Shown: positions 38,533 to 47,879, counted from the first letter of the stretch. The stretch is 64,000 nt of DNA from Candidatus Methanomethylicia archaeon (GCA_029259155.1 JAPDJI010000014.1:30280-94279); one strand, 5' to 3'. Notes: generated by a model not told the origin, from the sequence alone. Numbers and translations are program-made.

Positions 38533-38998
38533 TTAAACGACCAGTTCAGGAGTTAACATCCAAAGTAACGCCCATTTGCCCTTAACGTCTCTTTCAAGGC
38601 ATAGGACCCCAGCCATCCTGAACTTGATGGGCTCTATATCTGGGCTTCCGGTGAGTAGGAGGCCGGCTAGCTTGCTTAAGTGAGGTAGGTGGCCAACCAG
38701 CATTAAGTCTTCCTTAATGTTCAAATAGCCTATCAGCCCAGGTTTTAGGGTCAGCGAGAGGCTCAAGCGCGTCGGCTTGTTCGAAGCCTCTAGATGGCTT
38801 TAGGTGCTGAGCAAAGATTTCAGCTGTCTGCGCAGCTCTAAGCTTACCGCTATGTAGGATCTTATCCATATGAATGCCTAGCTTAGCTATGTGTTGGGCA
38901 ACGCGCTCGGCTTCTCTTCGTCCTTTATCAGTTAAGGGCCTTGAAGGATCTTGGCTTTCAGGTACAGCCTCACCATGTTGAACGAGGTAAAGCTTCAA
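38533..38998 (-). pseudogene. sixA: Phosphohistidine phosphatase, frameshifted by one extra T at about 38723-38725
   Basis: LYLVQHGEA...RAAQTA in one frame and LVGHLPHL in the next; removing one T of CTATTTGAAC joins them. Confidence 0.8.
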
Positions 38999-39085
38999 GG
39001 CTCCTCCCCATAACTAGTTAGTGGCTACCTATGTTAAGCTTGACGGCGCGCTAGGCTTAAACTATGCTTCGACTCAGCTTTTAGA

Positions 39086-39145
39086 GGGGCAGTGAGTATG
39101 CATGCCGCGTCTGAAGCGTGATGAGAATAGTCCTTCACGAGCCCC
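39086..39145 (+). ncRNA. Box C/D guide sRNA candidate
   Basis: GGGGC/GCCCC stem, C-like GTGAGTA, 12-nt guide, D' CTGA, C' GTGATGA, 12-nt guide, D-like ACGA. Confidence 0.65.
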
Positions 39146-39146
39146 C

Positions 39147-40040
39147 TTAGTCCAACTCCTCGACTTGTGGTTTAGGCTTCTTAAACCTTGAAGTTTTCCT
39201 AGGCTTAATTAAGGTCTTGACGGCGGTGGTAAACACATATTCAGCTACGTCTACCCTTGATCCTCCGCCGGTAACAATGACGTATCTACCCCTACATAGC
39301 TCGTCAGCACAGGCCTTTACAGCAGCCACCAGCCTCGGGTAGAAGTCGGGGGTTAAGCCTCGATCTCCATAGTCCCCTTGACAAGTATCGTGGCCTAAGA
39401 AATGGAAGATGAAGTCCGGCTCGAAGGCGTAGGCTCGTTTAATAAACTCCAGCTCGACTTTACGTAAGTACTCGTCGTCAGTAGTCCGCCAACCTACATT
39501 TACATCTACCTTTAACCCCCCCTCCTCTACACGATCGTAGCTACAAAAGCATACATGTAGTATAGAGGAGTTGCCTGAGAAGACTTCTCGATCACCGTCT
39601 CCATGGTGGCTGTCGGTATCGAGAACGGCTATTTTACTGGCTCCAAGCTTCAGTAGATGCTCCACGGCAGGCCCAAAACATGAAAGGTATGTCCCTCCCC
39701 AAGCATATGAGCGCCCTGCATGATGACCTGCAGCCACGCTGAAAACTAGGGCACTGGTCAGTTCCCCTTTCCATACCTTCTCCGCGGCCTCTATGCATCC
39801 TCCTACGCTTAGCAAGGCACCTTGATAATACCACCTAGACTTAACATCCCTTAAGTATTCCTTTGTGTGTACTTTGAGAAGTAGTTTTTCAGGAGCAGGC
39901 TTAGGCTCTATTAGAACAGCTTTCCCCTCCTTGAATAGCGGGTTTAAGGCTTCAGGGAAAGCTCTAAATTTATCTCCTATGATGGGCCAAGGTTTACCCT
40001 TAAAGGATCTATGAAAGAAAACGCCTACAGTAGCCATCAA
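39147..40040 (-). CDS. Histone-deacetylase/amidohydrolase family protein (divergent)
   Basis: KVHT.EY, AAGHHA, DTDSHHGDG, GHD, TGGG. Confidence 0.8.
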   Translation of the reverse strand: MMATVGVFFHRSFKGKPWPIIGDKFRAFPEALNPLFKEGKAVLIEPKPAPEKLLLKVHTKEYLRDVKSRWYYQGALLSVGGCIEAAEKVWKGELTSALVFSVAAGHHAGRSYAWGGTYLSCFGPAVEHLLKLGASKIAVLDTDSHHGDGDREVFSGNSSILHVCFCSYDRVEEGGLKVDVNVGWRTTDDEYLRKVELEFIKRAYAFEPDFIFHFLGHDTCQGDYGDRGLTPDFYPRLVAAVKACADELCRGRYVIVTGGGSRVDVAEYVFTTAVKTLIKPRKTSRFKKPKPQVEELD

Positions 40041-40148
40041 CTAAATAAATTCATCCCTTTAGAGTTAAACCTTGCGTTAAATCTACGTCGCGTTGAACCA
40101 GAGAATTAATAATCATCGTATCCCTATGCCGAGAAGCGGGGGAGGAAA

Positions 40149-40958
40149 CTGAGGTTCCTAGTAGCTTTCATGGCTCTCATGGCTCTCGCCGTCATTTCAA
40201 CCAACAGCCTAAATACTGGAGTGACCGTGGACTTGAAGAGTGACGGTTCAGCGATAGTCACCCATAAAGTAACGGTCCACGAGATGACGGAGTTCATAGA
40301 GATTAAGCTGCTAGGCGAGCCTGAGGAGATAGTGGCCTATAGTGAAAGCGAAGCATACTCCACCGAAGTATACAATAACGTGTCAGGCTGGTTTGCCAAG
40401 GTCCTTTACCCCGATGCCTCCTTCACTTTAACCTATGCGACAGTCTCCATAGCCAACTACAGTGAAGGGTTTTGGACGGTGACCTTTTCCTCTGAAGAGG
40501 AGGTTGAGGTTAAGCTTCCGCCAAATGTTGTACCTGTTAGCGTGCCTGAAGAGGTTCTCGATATAGATCTGGAGGATGATAGGTATGTCTTATGGCTCCC
40601 TCCAGGTACCTATACGGTTGAGTATGTGGTGCTCGTGGAACTACCCAGTGTTGAGGAGGAAGGAGGTACCACCAACCTGTTATGTTCAGCTATGTACCTG
40701 GCCATTGGCGCGGTGGCTGGCTTATCTATCTACGTGGTAATTAAACTGTTGAGACGTAGGAGGCTTCTACCTGAGCTTGATGATACTGACAAGGCTATCT
40801 TAGATCTGATTAGGCGTAGAGGACCGCTTAGTATAGGCGAGATAGCTGACCAGTTAAGTCTCCCCCGAAGCACAGCTCATAGAAAAGTGTCCAAGCTTGC
40901 CAGGTATGGTTTAATAAAGCTTGAGAGGGTGGGATCAAGACTTGTGGCTAAGGAATAG
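40149..40958 (+). CDS. Membrane-anchored transcription regulator: signal peptide, extracellular beta domain, TM helix, C-terminal winged HTH (COG2512-like); probable CTG start
   Basis: GGAGG-AAA-CTG gives MRFLVAFMALMALA; TM YLAIGAVAGLSIYVVI-KLLRRRR; HTH IGEIADQLSLPRSTAHRKVSKL. Confidence 0.78.
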   Translation: MRFLVAFMALMALAVISTNSLNTGVTVDLKSDGSAIVTHKVTVHEMTEFIEIKLLGEPEEIVAYSESEAYSTEVYNNVSGWFAKVLYPDASFTLTYATVSIANYSEGFWTVTFSSEEEVEVKLPPNVVPVSVPEEVLDIDLEDDRYVLWLPPGTYTVEYVVLVELPSVEEEGGTTNLLCSAMYLAIGAVAGLSIYVVIKLLRRRRLLPELDDTDKAILDLIRRRGPLSIGEIADQLSLPRSTAHRKVSKLARYGLIKLERVGSRLVAKE

Positions 40959-41010
40959 TTTCTCGAGCTTTTCTCGAATTTTTCTCGAATGCTTCTTGAT
41001 GGTTTCTCTT
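40959..41010 (+). repeat. Five phased direct repeats (TTTCTCGA consensus) at 11-bp period
   Basis: Units start at 40959, 40970, 40981, 40992 (CTTCTTGA) and 41003 (TTTCTCTT). Confidence 0.85.
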
Positions 41011-41035
41011 ATCACTCCCAACCCTGCAGGGTTAG

Positions 41036-42064
41036 GTGGTGGCCGCGTTGAAGGCTAAAGTATTTGCCCTTATCTTCACAGCGTTGATGTTAACATCCAT
41101 AGCTATACCAGCGGTGACGGTTAAGGCTGAAGAGAGCGGTGCCCCCCGGAAACTGAGAGCTCTTAGACAGGCTATATCCTGCATCCTATATAGGGCAGAG
41201 GTTCTAGCAGAGGAGCTTAACGTTGAGGAAGTAGAACAGGCCATAGATGAGTTAAAGCAGGAGCTAAGTACTCTGGACTCGCTTATAGCGGAAGGAAACT
41301 ATGAGGAGGCTTGGACCTTAGCTATAGAACTGCTAAGAGAGACTAGGCAACTTTTAAGGCAACTCTATGGCTGTGAGTGCGTGCAAGAAGTATTAGATGA
41401 ACTAAGCGAAGAAATGATTCAGCAAGGCGTTAAAGCACGTGGACTTGCTATGGCCTCCATATTGATAACCGTCGCTGAGGCCAGCAACGCTACAGAGATT
41501 ACGCAAATCCTCGCGCAGGCTCAAGAACTTTTTGAGGAAGGCAATGTAACGAGCGCTAAAAGCCTAATGGCTCAATGCATGCTTCAACTTAAAAGGAAAG
41601 CTATGGTCCACACCGCGTTAAGAGCTCTAAACTTCACAGGATGTGAACTAAAAGCAGCCGCTAACGCAACCAATGGATTAGAGGTAGCGGCCGTAAAGAT
41701 CGAAACAGCCATAGACAGGTTAGAGTCGGTGGTTGAACACTTACAGTCCGTGAATGCTAGCGAGACCGCAATAACCTCGGTGGAGGAGGCAATCGAGCAT
41801 TTAGAGAATGTAAAGGAGAGATTAGAGGAGAGGCTTGAGGAAGGGGTTGGCCCTCACGGCTCTCATGGCCCTCAAGGCGCTGGGGACCTTCTGAACGAAG
41901 CGCAGTGTGCTATAGAAGAGGCTCAGCATCGCTTCGGTCATGGACAAGGCTCCAACCAAGGCTCTGGTCATGGACAAAGCTCTGGTCAGTGCCAGGGTCC
42001 TGGACATGTACATCATCCACACGGGCAACCTGAGATAAACAAACCATGCGGCGCTCATCATTAA
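41036..42064 (+). CDS. Secreted helical/coiled-coil protein with His/Gly/Gln-rich tail
   Basis: Signal peptide KAKVFALIFTALML..VKA, Glu/Ala/Leu heptads, several NxS/T sequons, HGQG repeats ending in HH. Confidence 0.75.
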   Translation: MVAALKAKVFALIFTALMLTSIAIPAVTVKAEESGAPRKLRALRQAISCILYRAEVLAEELNVEEVEQAIDELKQELSTLDSLIAEGNYEEAWTLAIELLRETRQLLRQLYGCECVQEVLDELSEEMIQQGVKARGLAMASILITVAEASNATEITQILAQAQELFEEGNVTSAKSLMAQCMLQLKRKAMVHTALRALNFTGCELKAAANATNGLEVAAVKIETAIDRLESVVEHLQSVNASETAITSVEEAIEHLENVKERLEERLEEGVGPHGSHGPQGAGDLLNEAQCAIEEAQHRFGHGQGSNQGSGHGQSSGQCQGPGHVHHPHGQPEINKPCGAHH

Positions 42065-42152
42065 CCAGCGCTCTCGCTTCAACCACTCGCCTTTTTTCAT
42101 TACAGAGCTGATAGGCTTAAGTTTTCTTAAATAGGCTGAGTTAAAGGAGAGC

Positions 42153-43322
42153 TTGATGTACGACGTGGTGGTAGTGGGGGCGGGTCCAGCGGGTTCATCG
42201 ACCGCTCTCTCAGCCTCTAAGAGAGGTCTGAAGGTTCTTCTATTAGAAGAACACCGTGAAGTAGGCCTTCCATTACATTGTGCTGGCATCATTCACCCTC
42301 CGAGCTTTGAACGTTCAGGGCTTAAAGTACCTGAAGAAGTGGTGGAAAGCCGAATTAGAAGAGTATGTGTCTTCACCGGTTACGGGCAGCCCTTAACGGA
42401 GCCTTTTAGACTGGGCTTGCTTGTGGTGAATAGGGCTAGGTTTGATAAGTGGCTGGTTAGATTAGCGGTAGAGGCAGGGGCAGAGCTTAAGCTGCAAAAT
42501 CGGTTGATGTCAGCAGAGCGAGCAGAGGATGGGTGGAGGCTAAGTATTAAGGCTCCTCAAGGTTACGTAAATGAGGAATGTAAATTATTGGTAGCGGCCG
42601 ACGGTGTAGGGAGCACTACGATTAGGCTGGTTGGCTTTCCGGCTAGAAAGGAATTGGCTTCTTGCTTACAATACGAACTTGAAGGTGTAGAGCTCGAGGA
42701 CCCTGAACGCATAGATCTTTACTTCACCAGCTCTATTGCCCCTGGTGGCTATGCCTGGGTTATCCCATTGGAAGGTGGTAAAAGGCTTAGAGTGGGGCTA
42801 GGGGTTAGGAAGGCTGAGAAGCCAGCTAAATATTACTTGGATCTCTTCGTACGCCGCCTCTTCAGTGAAGGTAGGGTGGTCAAGGTTTATGGAGGCTGCG
42901 TTCCGGTGGGTGGGCCGGTTAAACCTAGCTATGCGGATGGTTTCTTAGTGGTAGGTGACGCTGCAGGACATGTAAATCCATTGACAGGGGCTGGCATCGT
43001 TGGGGCGGTCAGGTGCGGGTTAATAGCGGGTGAGGTGGCTGCATCTAAGCTTTCTAGACCTAAAGCTGAGGAGCTTAAGGTTTATGAGGATAAATGCGAC
43101 GAAGCGGTCGGTAAAGGATATAGAAGAGTGTTAAGAGCTAGGGCCGACCTAGAGAAGCTGTCTAGCGCTGAGATCAAGGCTTTTATAGATAGGGAAGGGT
43201 TGATAGAGGATCTTAGGAGAAGGAGGTACTTCAGGGCTTTCCTTAAAGTACTTCTCAAGAAACCTAGCTTAGCCTTCACTGCGGTGAGAATTTTTAGAAT
43301 AAGAGATGCTATATTGACTTAG
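42153..43322 (+). CDS. Geranylgeranyl reductase family flavoprotein
   Basis: GAGPAG, CAG, ADG, PGGYAWVIP, GDAAG.VNPLTGAGI. Confidence 0.88.
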   Translation: MMYDVVVVGAGPAGSSTALSASKRGLKVLLLEEHREVGLPLHCAGIIHPPSFERSGLKVPEEVVESRIRRVCVFTGYGQPLTEPFRLGLLVVNRARFDKWLVRLAVEAGAELKLQNRLMSAERAEDGWRLSIKAPQGYVNEECKLLVAADGVGSTTIRLVGFPARKELASCLQYELEGVELEDPERIDLYFTSSIAPGGYAWVIPLEGGKRLRVGLGVRKAEKPAKYYLDLFVRRLFSEGRVVKVYGGCVPVGGPVKPSYADGFLVVGDAAGHVNPLTGAGIVGAVRCGLIAGEVAASKLSRPKAEELKVYEDKCDEAVGKGYRRVLRARADLEKLSSAEIKAFIDREGLIEDLRRRRYFRAFLKVLLKKPSLAFTAVRIFRIRDAILT

Positions 43323-43334
43323 CTGGGGTTAGTC

Positions 43335-43982
43335 TTGGCTAAGCCCAAGGTGCTGCGCGTCCTAGACTCTAAGGACATAGAGGAAGCAGTGGAAGAAGCT
43401 GCACGAACGGTTAAACATAGAGGATTGATAGTGTATCCCACTGATACGCTTTATGGTTTAGGGGCCGACCCCTTCAGCGAGGCTGCGGTTAATAGAGTGT
43501 ACGAGGCTAAACATAGGGAAGCTAAACCTATGCCTCTTTTAGTGTCAAGTAGGGATTACGTTGGGCGTATCGCTTACGTTACAGATGAAGCTAGGAAGCT
43601 AATCCAACTGTTCTGGCCAGGTCCATTAACCCTAGTCCTATCAAAGAAGGCTGTACTTCCAGACCTAGTTACCGCTAACCTACCTAAGGTTGGAGTTAGG
43701 ATGCCTAACCATGAAGTCGCCTTAAGGATTATTGAAGCATGTGGAGGCTTTCTGATCGGTACTAGCGCCAACATTTCTGGGCAGTCTCCGCCTAGGACCA
43801 TTGAAGAGGTGTTAAGGCAGCTCAATGGCAGCGTAGACCTAGTGGTGGATGCAGAACCGTTGCCGATAGGCGTGCCCTCTACGGTGATAGATCTTACCAG
43901 TGATAAACCCCTATTGATTAGGGAGGGAGCGGTGAGGTTGGAGGAGCTTGAGAAGGCCTTAGGCAAGATTATTGAGCGTTAA
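43335..43982 (+). CDS. sua5: L-threonylcarbamoyladenylate synthase (Sua5/TsaC)
   Basis: YPTDTLYGL, K.R...P, WPGPLT, TSANISG, PSTV. Confidence 0.92.
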   Translation: MAKPKVLRVLDSKDIEEAVEEAARTVKHRGLIVYPTDTLYGLGADPFSEAAVNRVYEAKHREAKPMPLLVSSRDYVGRIAYVTDEARKLIQLFWPGPLTLVLSKKAVLPDLVTANLPKVGVRMPNHEVALRIIEACGGFLIGTSANISGQSPPRTIEEVLRQLNGSVDLVVDAEPLPIGVPSTVIDLTSDKPLLIREGAVRLEELEKALGKIIER

Positions 43983-44025
43983 GGCGTCAAGAATATGTAA
44001 GGGGCGTTGCTGGCTACTAAAGAGG

Positions 44026-44078
44026 GGATGAAGAGGAAGGGAAGAGGAGATCAGTGACCGGAATCCGCGGGTCTGACC
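44026..44078 (+). ncRNA. Weaker box C/D guide sRNA candidate
   Basis: C ATGAAGA 44028, 12-nt guide, degenerate D'/C', D CTGA 44073-44076, only a GG/CC stem. Confidence 0.4.
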
Positions 44079-44204
44079 AAGGCAATATGCAATTTAATCT
44101 TTTCCTCCGCGATAAAGATGAAGTCGATAAATTTATGCTGTTCTCCCCCATTTTGGCAGCGTTTAGCGTTCTAGGGGTAATTCGTAGTTAGTAGAGGTGC
44201 TGTA

Positions 44205-45410
44205 ATGGTACATCTACACTCGAATGTTAAGATCTTGATATCGACTTCAGCCTTACTCAGCGCCTTCATGGGCATAGCTTACCCATACTTCTCGGAGTAC
44301 GTCTATGCATTGACGGGGAGCGCCTTTGTAGCGGGTAGCGTAGCTTTCATCCGCAACGTGATGTGCGTCTGTATCTTCATCCTCGGTGGCTATTTAGCTG
44401 ACGTTGTTGGTCGTAAACGACTTATCTGGGTTGGAACCATGTTGCTGGGCATCGCCCAGCTGCTATATGCTGCTGCTTCCTCGACCTATGAACTGATCTG
44501 CGCTGCTCTCTTTGAAGGTGTTTCCTTCTTCTACTTCCCCGCCTTCAATGCCATGATTATGGACTCCACCCCGGATGAGGAGTTACTGAACGTTTTCACC
44601 TTAGGGCTCATTGCCTCTCACTTACCCTACATGGCTTCCCCTTTGGTGGGCGGTATCCTTAGAGACACTTATGGTGTTTTTGGCCTGAGACTAGGTTTTG
44701 CCTTATTTGGTCTTGTCACGTTGACTATTTCGGCTATCAGGTTGAAAATGTTGTTTGAGACCCTTGATCGGGTCGAGAAGGTCAAAAGAGGGATGTTCAT
44801 TAAGGCATACATGGAGGTTGTTGAGTACTTTAGGCGGCTGCGTAACCCCATTAAGAAGCTTCTGGCTCTTCGCTCCTTTCTGCTTTTATCCGCTATCTTT
44901 ATGCTTGAGCTTTTCGCTGTGCTCTACGTTACCAGATATGCAAACCTTTTGTCGTTCACCGAGTGGGGGCTGGTGCAAGCCTTAGCTTCACTAGCGTTTT
45001 TAGCTGCTTTACCTCTAAGTAAACTCATTAGTGGGTGGAGACCGCCCTTAATCTATGCAGCTCTTATCGTGATGGAAGCTTCAACCCCTCTTCTCATTCT
45101 CACCAACCTCAGGCCGATGATCTTTCTTTCCTTAGCCCTACTGAATGTCTGCGGAGCCTTGACCTACTCTATTGAGAGAACGCTGATAGCCAAATTAGTG
45201 GAGCCGGTTATGAGGGGTAGAGCTGAAGGTTTTATGAACATATCACTTTATGTAGGTGCAGCCATAGGCTCGATGCTTGGAGGCTACTTATTTTCAGTGC
45301 ATCCACCCTTCTTACTTTTGGCAGCCTCCTTCAGCCTAATATTAGGTGCTACGCTGTCTCCCATGATATTTAAGGATGTTAAGCTTAGTCAACGAGAGGT
45401 CTATAGCTAG
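44205..45410 (+). CDS. MFS transporter
   Basis: GYLADVVGRK, about 12 TM segments, MRGRAEG. Confidence 0.85.
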   Translation: MVHLHSNVKILISTSALLSAFMGIAYPYFSEYVYALTGSAFVAGSVAFIRNVMCVCIFILGGYLADVVGRKRLIWVGTMLLGIAQLLYAAASSTYELICAALFEGVSFFYFPAFNAMIMDSTPDEELLNVFTLGLIASHLPYMASPLVGGILRDTYGVFGLRLGFALFGLVTLTISAIRLKMLFETLDRVEKVKRGMFIKAYMEVVEYFRRLRNPIKKLLALRSFLLLSAIFMLELFAVLYVTRYANLLSFTEWGLVQALASLAFLAALPLSKLISGWRPPLIYAALIVMEASTPLLILTNLRPMIFLSLALLNVCGALTYSIERTLIAKLVEPVMRGRAEGFMNISLYVGAAIGSMLGGYLFSVHPPFLLLAASFSLILGATLSPMIFKDVKLSQREVYS

Positions 45411-45422
45411 CTCAATTTTTCA

Positions 45423-46163
45423 TCATTTGAATCCCTCGAGGAAGGCTTTAACGTTTCTACCTAGTACCTCGTGGTTATAGCCTCCCTCCAATACTGCAAA
45501 CCTACGCCCGTCACATTTACGTTGGGAGAACTCTCTTATCACTTTGCCCACCTCCTCGTAGTCCCGAGCGCTCATTAATCCTCCCCAGTCCTCGAGCGCT
45601 CGGTCAAAGCCAGCCGATACCGCTATTACGTCAAAATCCTTGGCCTCGAGGAAGCGTTCTAGGTCAGACGTGAAGTCCAAGGCTGGTAGGTGATGATATT
45701 CCACATCTCTCCTGTTTTTGAAGGCTTCATTGGTACCGTCGCCGAAATGCAGGTCAAAATCTACAATAACCGCTCTCTTAGCCTTGCCTGTTCTCATCAG
45801 TTTCTCAACAGCTATCGCCACGTTGTTGAAGTAGCAGAACCCCCAACACTCGTTTGGGCTTGCGTGGTGTCCTGGAGGCCTTATTAAAGCAAAGGCTGGC
45901 TCACCTTCAAACGCTATTTCAGCAGCTTTTAGGGCTCCTCCAACAGCTAATAGAGCTACCTCGTAGACCCTCGTTAAGCTCTTGACATAGTTTAGATGGT
46001 TTATCGTGTGGATAAGCAATACGTCGTTATCAGTGGCAGGCTTGGGCTCCACGAACTCATATAAGCCCTGGAGGGCTGAAGCTATAGCCTCCATGCGTCC
46101 AGGTGCTGCTGCAGGATCAGATGTATAAGCTTCCTTATACTTTTCATGGAACACAACCTTCAA
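45423..46163 (-). CDS. Histone deacetylase family protein
   Basis: RPPGHHA, GFCYFNN, DFDLHFGDG, SAGFD, LEGGY. Confidence 0.9.
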   Translation of the reverse strand: MKVVFHEKYKEAYTSDPAAAPGRMEAIASALQGLYEFVEPKPATDNDVLLIHTINHLNYVKSLTRVYEVALLAVGGALKAAEIAFEGEPAFALIRPPGHHASPNECWGFCYFNNVAIAVEKLMRTGKAKRAVIVDFDLHFGDGTNEAFKNRRDVEYHHLPALDFTSDLERFLEAKDFDVIAVSAGFDRALEDWGGLMSARDYEEVGKVIREFSQRKCDGRRFAVLEGGYNHEVLGRNVKAFLEGFK

Positions 46164-46229
46164 TGAAGCCCACCTCGAAGGTTCTTGAAACCCATCTACA
46201 ACTAACTATCATGTCAGTAAAGTTTTACG

Positions 46230-46994
46230 TTACTCGTAGAATCTCCGGTATTTCTTAGGCAAACCTATGATAGTGTCGGCCTGTACACCTAGGTAAGGTA
46301 TAGGGTACCTAACTCCTCTCATGTATAGCTGTTGCAGCCCCTCCGCCATGTCGGCTAAGGCTTCAGGGGGCAGGGAAAGTACGAGTTCATCGTCCTGTAA
46401 GTGGCCAAATCTACGCTCACCGAAGCAAGGCACAGTCAACGAGGGCTCATGGGTTACCATACATTTGGCTATGGAATCGGCGCACGCCGACTCTCCAGAG
46501 TAAGTGAAGGTAAACCTCCTATATCTATGCCACTGTAAAGCTGATAGGGCAATACATGCTTGAGCTGGATTTAAGTACCATAAAATTAGGTTGGGCGTAA
46601 ACCTAGCTTTATCTAGGGGTGCGGTAATCACGACGGAATGTCTAAGCTTAGGCACTCTATAAAGCTCTTTGAGCTTCACGAGGCCGTCCTCTACGTTTCT
46701 AAACCAATACTTCGCATATTCGTTAGCTAGTTCAGGGGGCAGCTCATCTATGAGTCCAGCTACGTAGCTGCAAGTATAGGCTAAGGTATTCTTATCGGCT
46801 TGTATTATCCAACCATGGGTCCTAGAAAGCGTGATCATTTGACATAGCCTTAACACCTTAACGTCCAGCTTATCGGCCTCAAGCGCTCCATCAAGCTTCT
46901 CTTTAAGAAAGCCTAGAGCTACAGGCTTAGACCTAGACCTTAACAATGCCTCAATCCTTGAAGCCAACTCCTGTAATCTCGCGGCTTCAAACAA
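46230..46994 (-). CDS. DUF169 family protein
   Basis: LCQMITLSR, ESACAD, PCFGERRFG..DDEL. Confidence 0.78.
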   Translation of the reverse strand: MFEAARLQELASRIEALLRSRSKPVALGFLKEKLDGALEADKLDVKVLRLCQMITLSRTHGWIIQADKNTLAYTCSYVAGLIDELPPELANEYAKYWFRNVEDGLVKLKELYRVPKLRHSVVITAPLDKARFTPNLILWYLNPAQACIALSALQWHRYRRFTFTYSGESACADSIAKCMVTHEPSLTVPCFGERRFGHLQDDELVLSLPPEALADMAEGLQQLYMRGVRYPIPYLGVQADTIIGLPKKYRRFYE

Positions 46995-47130
46995 GTTCTC
47001 ACCGAGCTATGTTCATTTAAAGCACTTTTTAGCTTCTCGGCTAGCGATGGAGAACCCTTGAAGGTTAGAGATCTTGTAAATGATGGGGGGATAGCGATGG
47101 TGCTTCCATTTCTCGTAGTTCCGTCTAGGT

Positions 47131-47535
47131 CTATGAGCACGACTTTAAAACACGCTTCTCCTTTAGTTTCCTGGTTAGCGAAGCCATCCTTAACGCTGTC
47201 TCCTTGCTTATGAGATGTTCCAGTATACAGCTTTCCTTTGCTGCTAGGTCTTGGTCTATTCCTAAAACTTCGTTCAGGAAGCTGAGTATGCTTCGGTAGC
47301 GTTCCTCCAATTCCTTGACTGCTTTCATGCCTTTTTCGGTGAGGCTGACCTCGCCATAGTTCTCATGCCTTATCATACCAGCCCTCATAAGTCGCTTGAC
47401 AGCCTCGCTAGCACTCGGCACTTTAACCCCTAGAGCCAAGGCTATCTTTTTCACGGTGGCCTTACCTTCTCTGCGCTGGATGAAATATATCGCCTTTAAG
47501 TAATTCTCAAGCTTAGGAGTAAGGGTCCGCGGCAA
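47131..47535 (-). CDS. DtxR/MntR family metal-dependent repressor
   Basis: ENYLKAIY, HTH, LTEKG, ESCILEH; TTG 47535 preferred because the tracked ATG lies inside an operator. Confidence 0.88.
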   Translation of the reverse strand: MPRTLTPKLENYLKAIYFIQRREGKATVKKIALALGVKVPSASEAVKRLMRAGMIRHENYGEVSLTEKGMKAVKELEERYRSILSFLNEVLGIDQDLAAKESCILEHLISKETALRMASLTRKLKEKRVLKSCS

Positions 47536-47548
47536 GGCTGAATTTTTC

Positions 47549-47587
47549 TGTGCATATGCACATATTTTTGTTTTGTGCATATGCCCA
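47549..47587. promoter_or_regulatory. Two TGTGCATATGCACA-type palindromic operators
   Basis: TGTGCATATGCACA 47549-47562 and TGTGCATATGCCCA 47574-47587. Confidence 0.8.
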
Positions 47588-47607
47588 TAATAATGCTTAT
47601 ATAGGAG

Positions 47608-47636
47608 TTAGGCAAGCCTAAGTTAGGCTAGCCTAA
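47608..47636. promoter_or_regulatory. Tandem DtxR-type boxes TTAGG-N4-CCTAA downstream of the feo TATA box
   Basis: TTAGGCAAGCCTAA 47608-47621 and TTAGGCTAGCCTAA 47623-47636 after CTTATATA 47596-47603. Confidence 0.8.
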
Positions 47637-47651
47637 AACAGGGGGCAGGTC

Positions 47652-47879
47652 ATGAGGCTATCGGAGGCTAAGACCGGCTGCTACTACGAGGTCATTAAGG
47701 TCGAGGGCTCAGGCCCTGTAAAGAGGAGGTTTATGGACTTAGGCTTAGTTTCCAAAACCAGGCTAAAGGTGGTTCGACTTGCCCCCCTCGGCGATCCTAT
47801 TGAAGTTGAAGTGAGAGGTTATAACTTGTCTATCAGGAGAGATGAAGCTTCACTCGTCATCGTGAGGGAGGTGAGTTGA
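47652..47879 (+). CDS. feoA: Ferrous iron transport protein A
   Basis: RRFMDLGL, APLGDP, LSIRRDEA. Confidence 0.93.
   Translation: MRLSEAKTGCYYEVIKVEGSGPVKRRFMDLGLVSKTRLKVVRLAPLGDPIEVEVRGYNLSIRRDEASLVIVREVS

Noticed and set aside
40959-41010. Short repeats as a CRISPR array
   Set aside because: 8-bp units at 11-bp period with no spacers; no cas genes in the window
47536-47580. Tracked N-terminal extension of the DtxR ORF
   Set aside because: The ATG lies within the operator palindrome and the extension is not DtxR-like; TTG 47535 preferred
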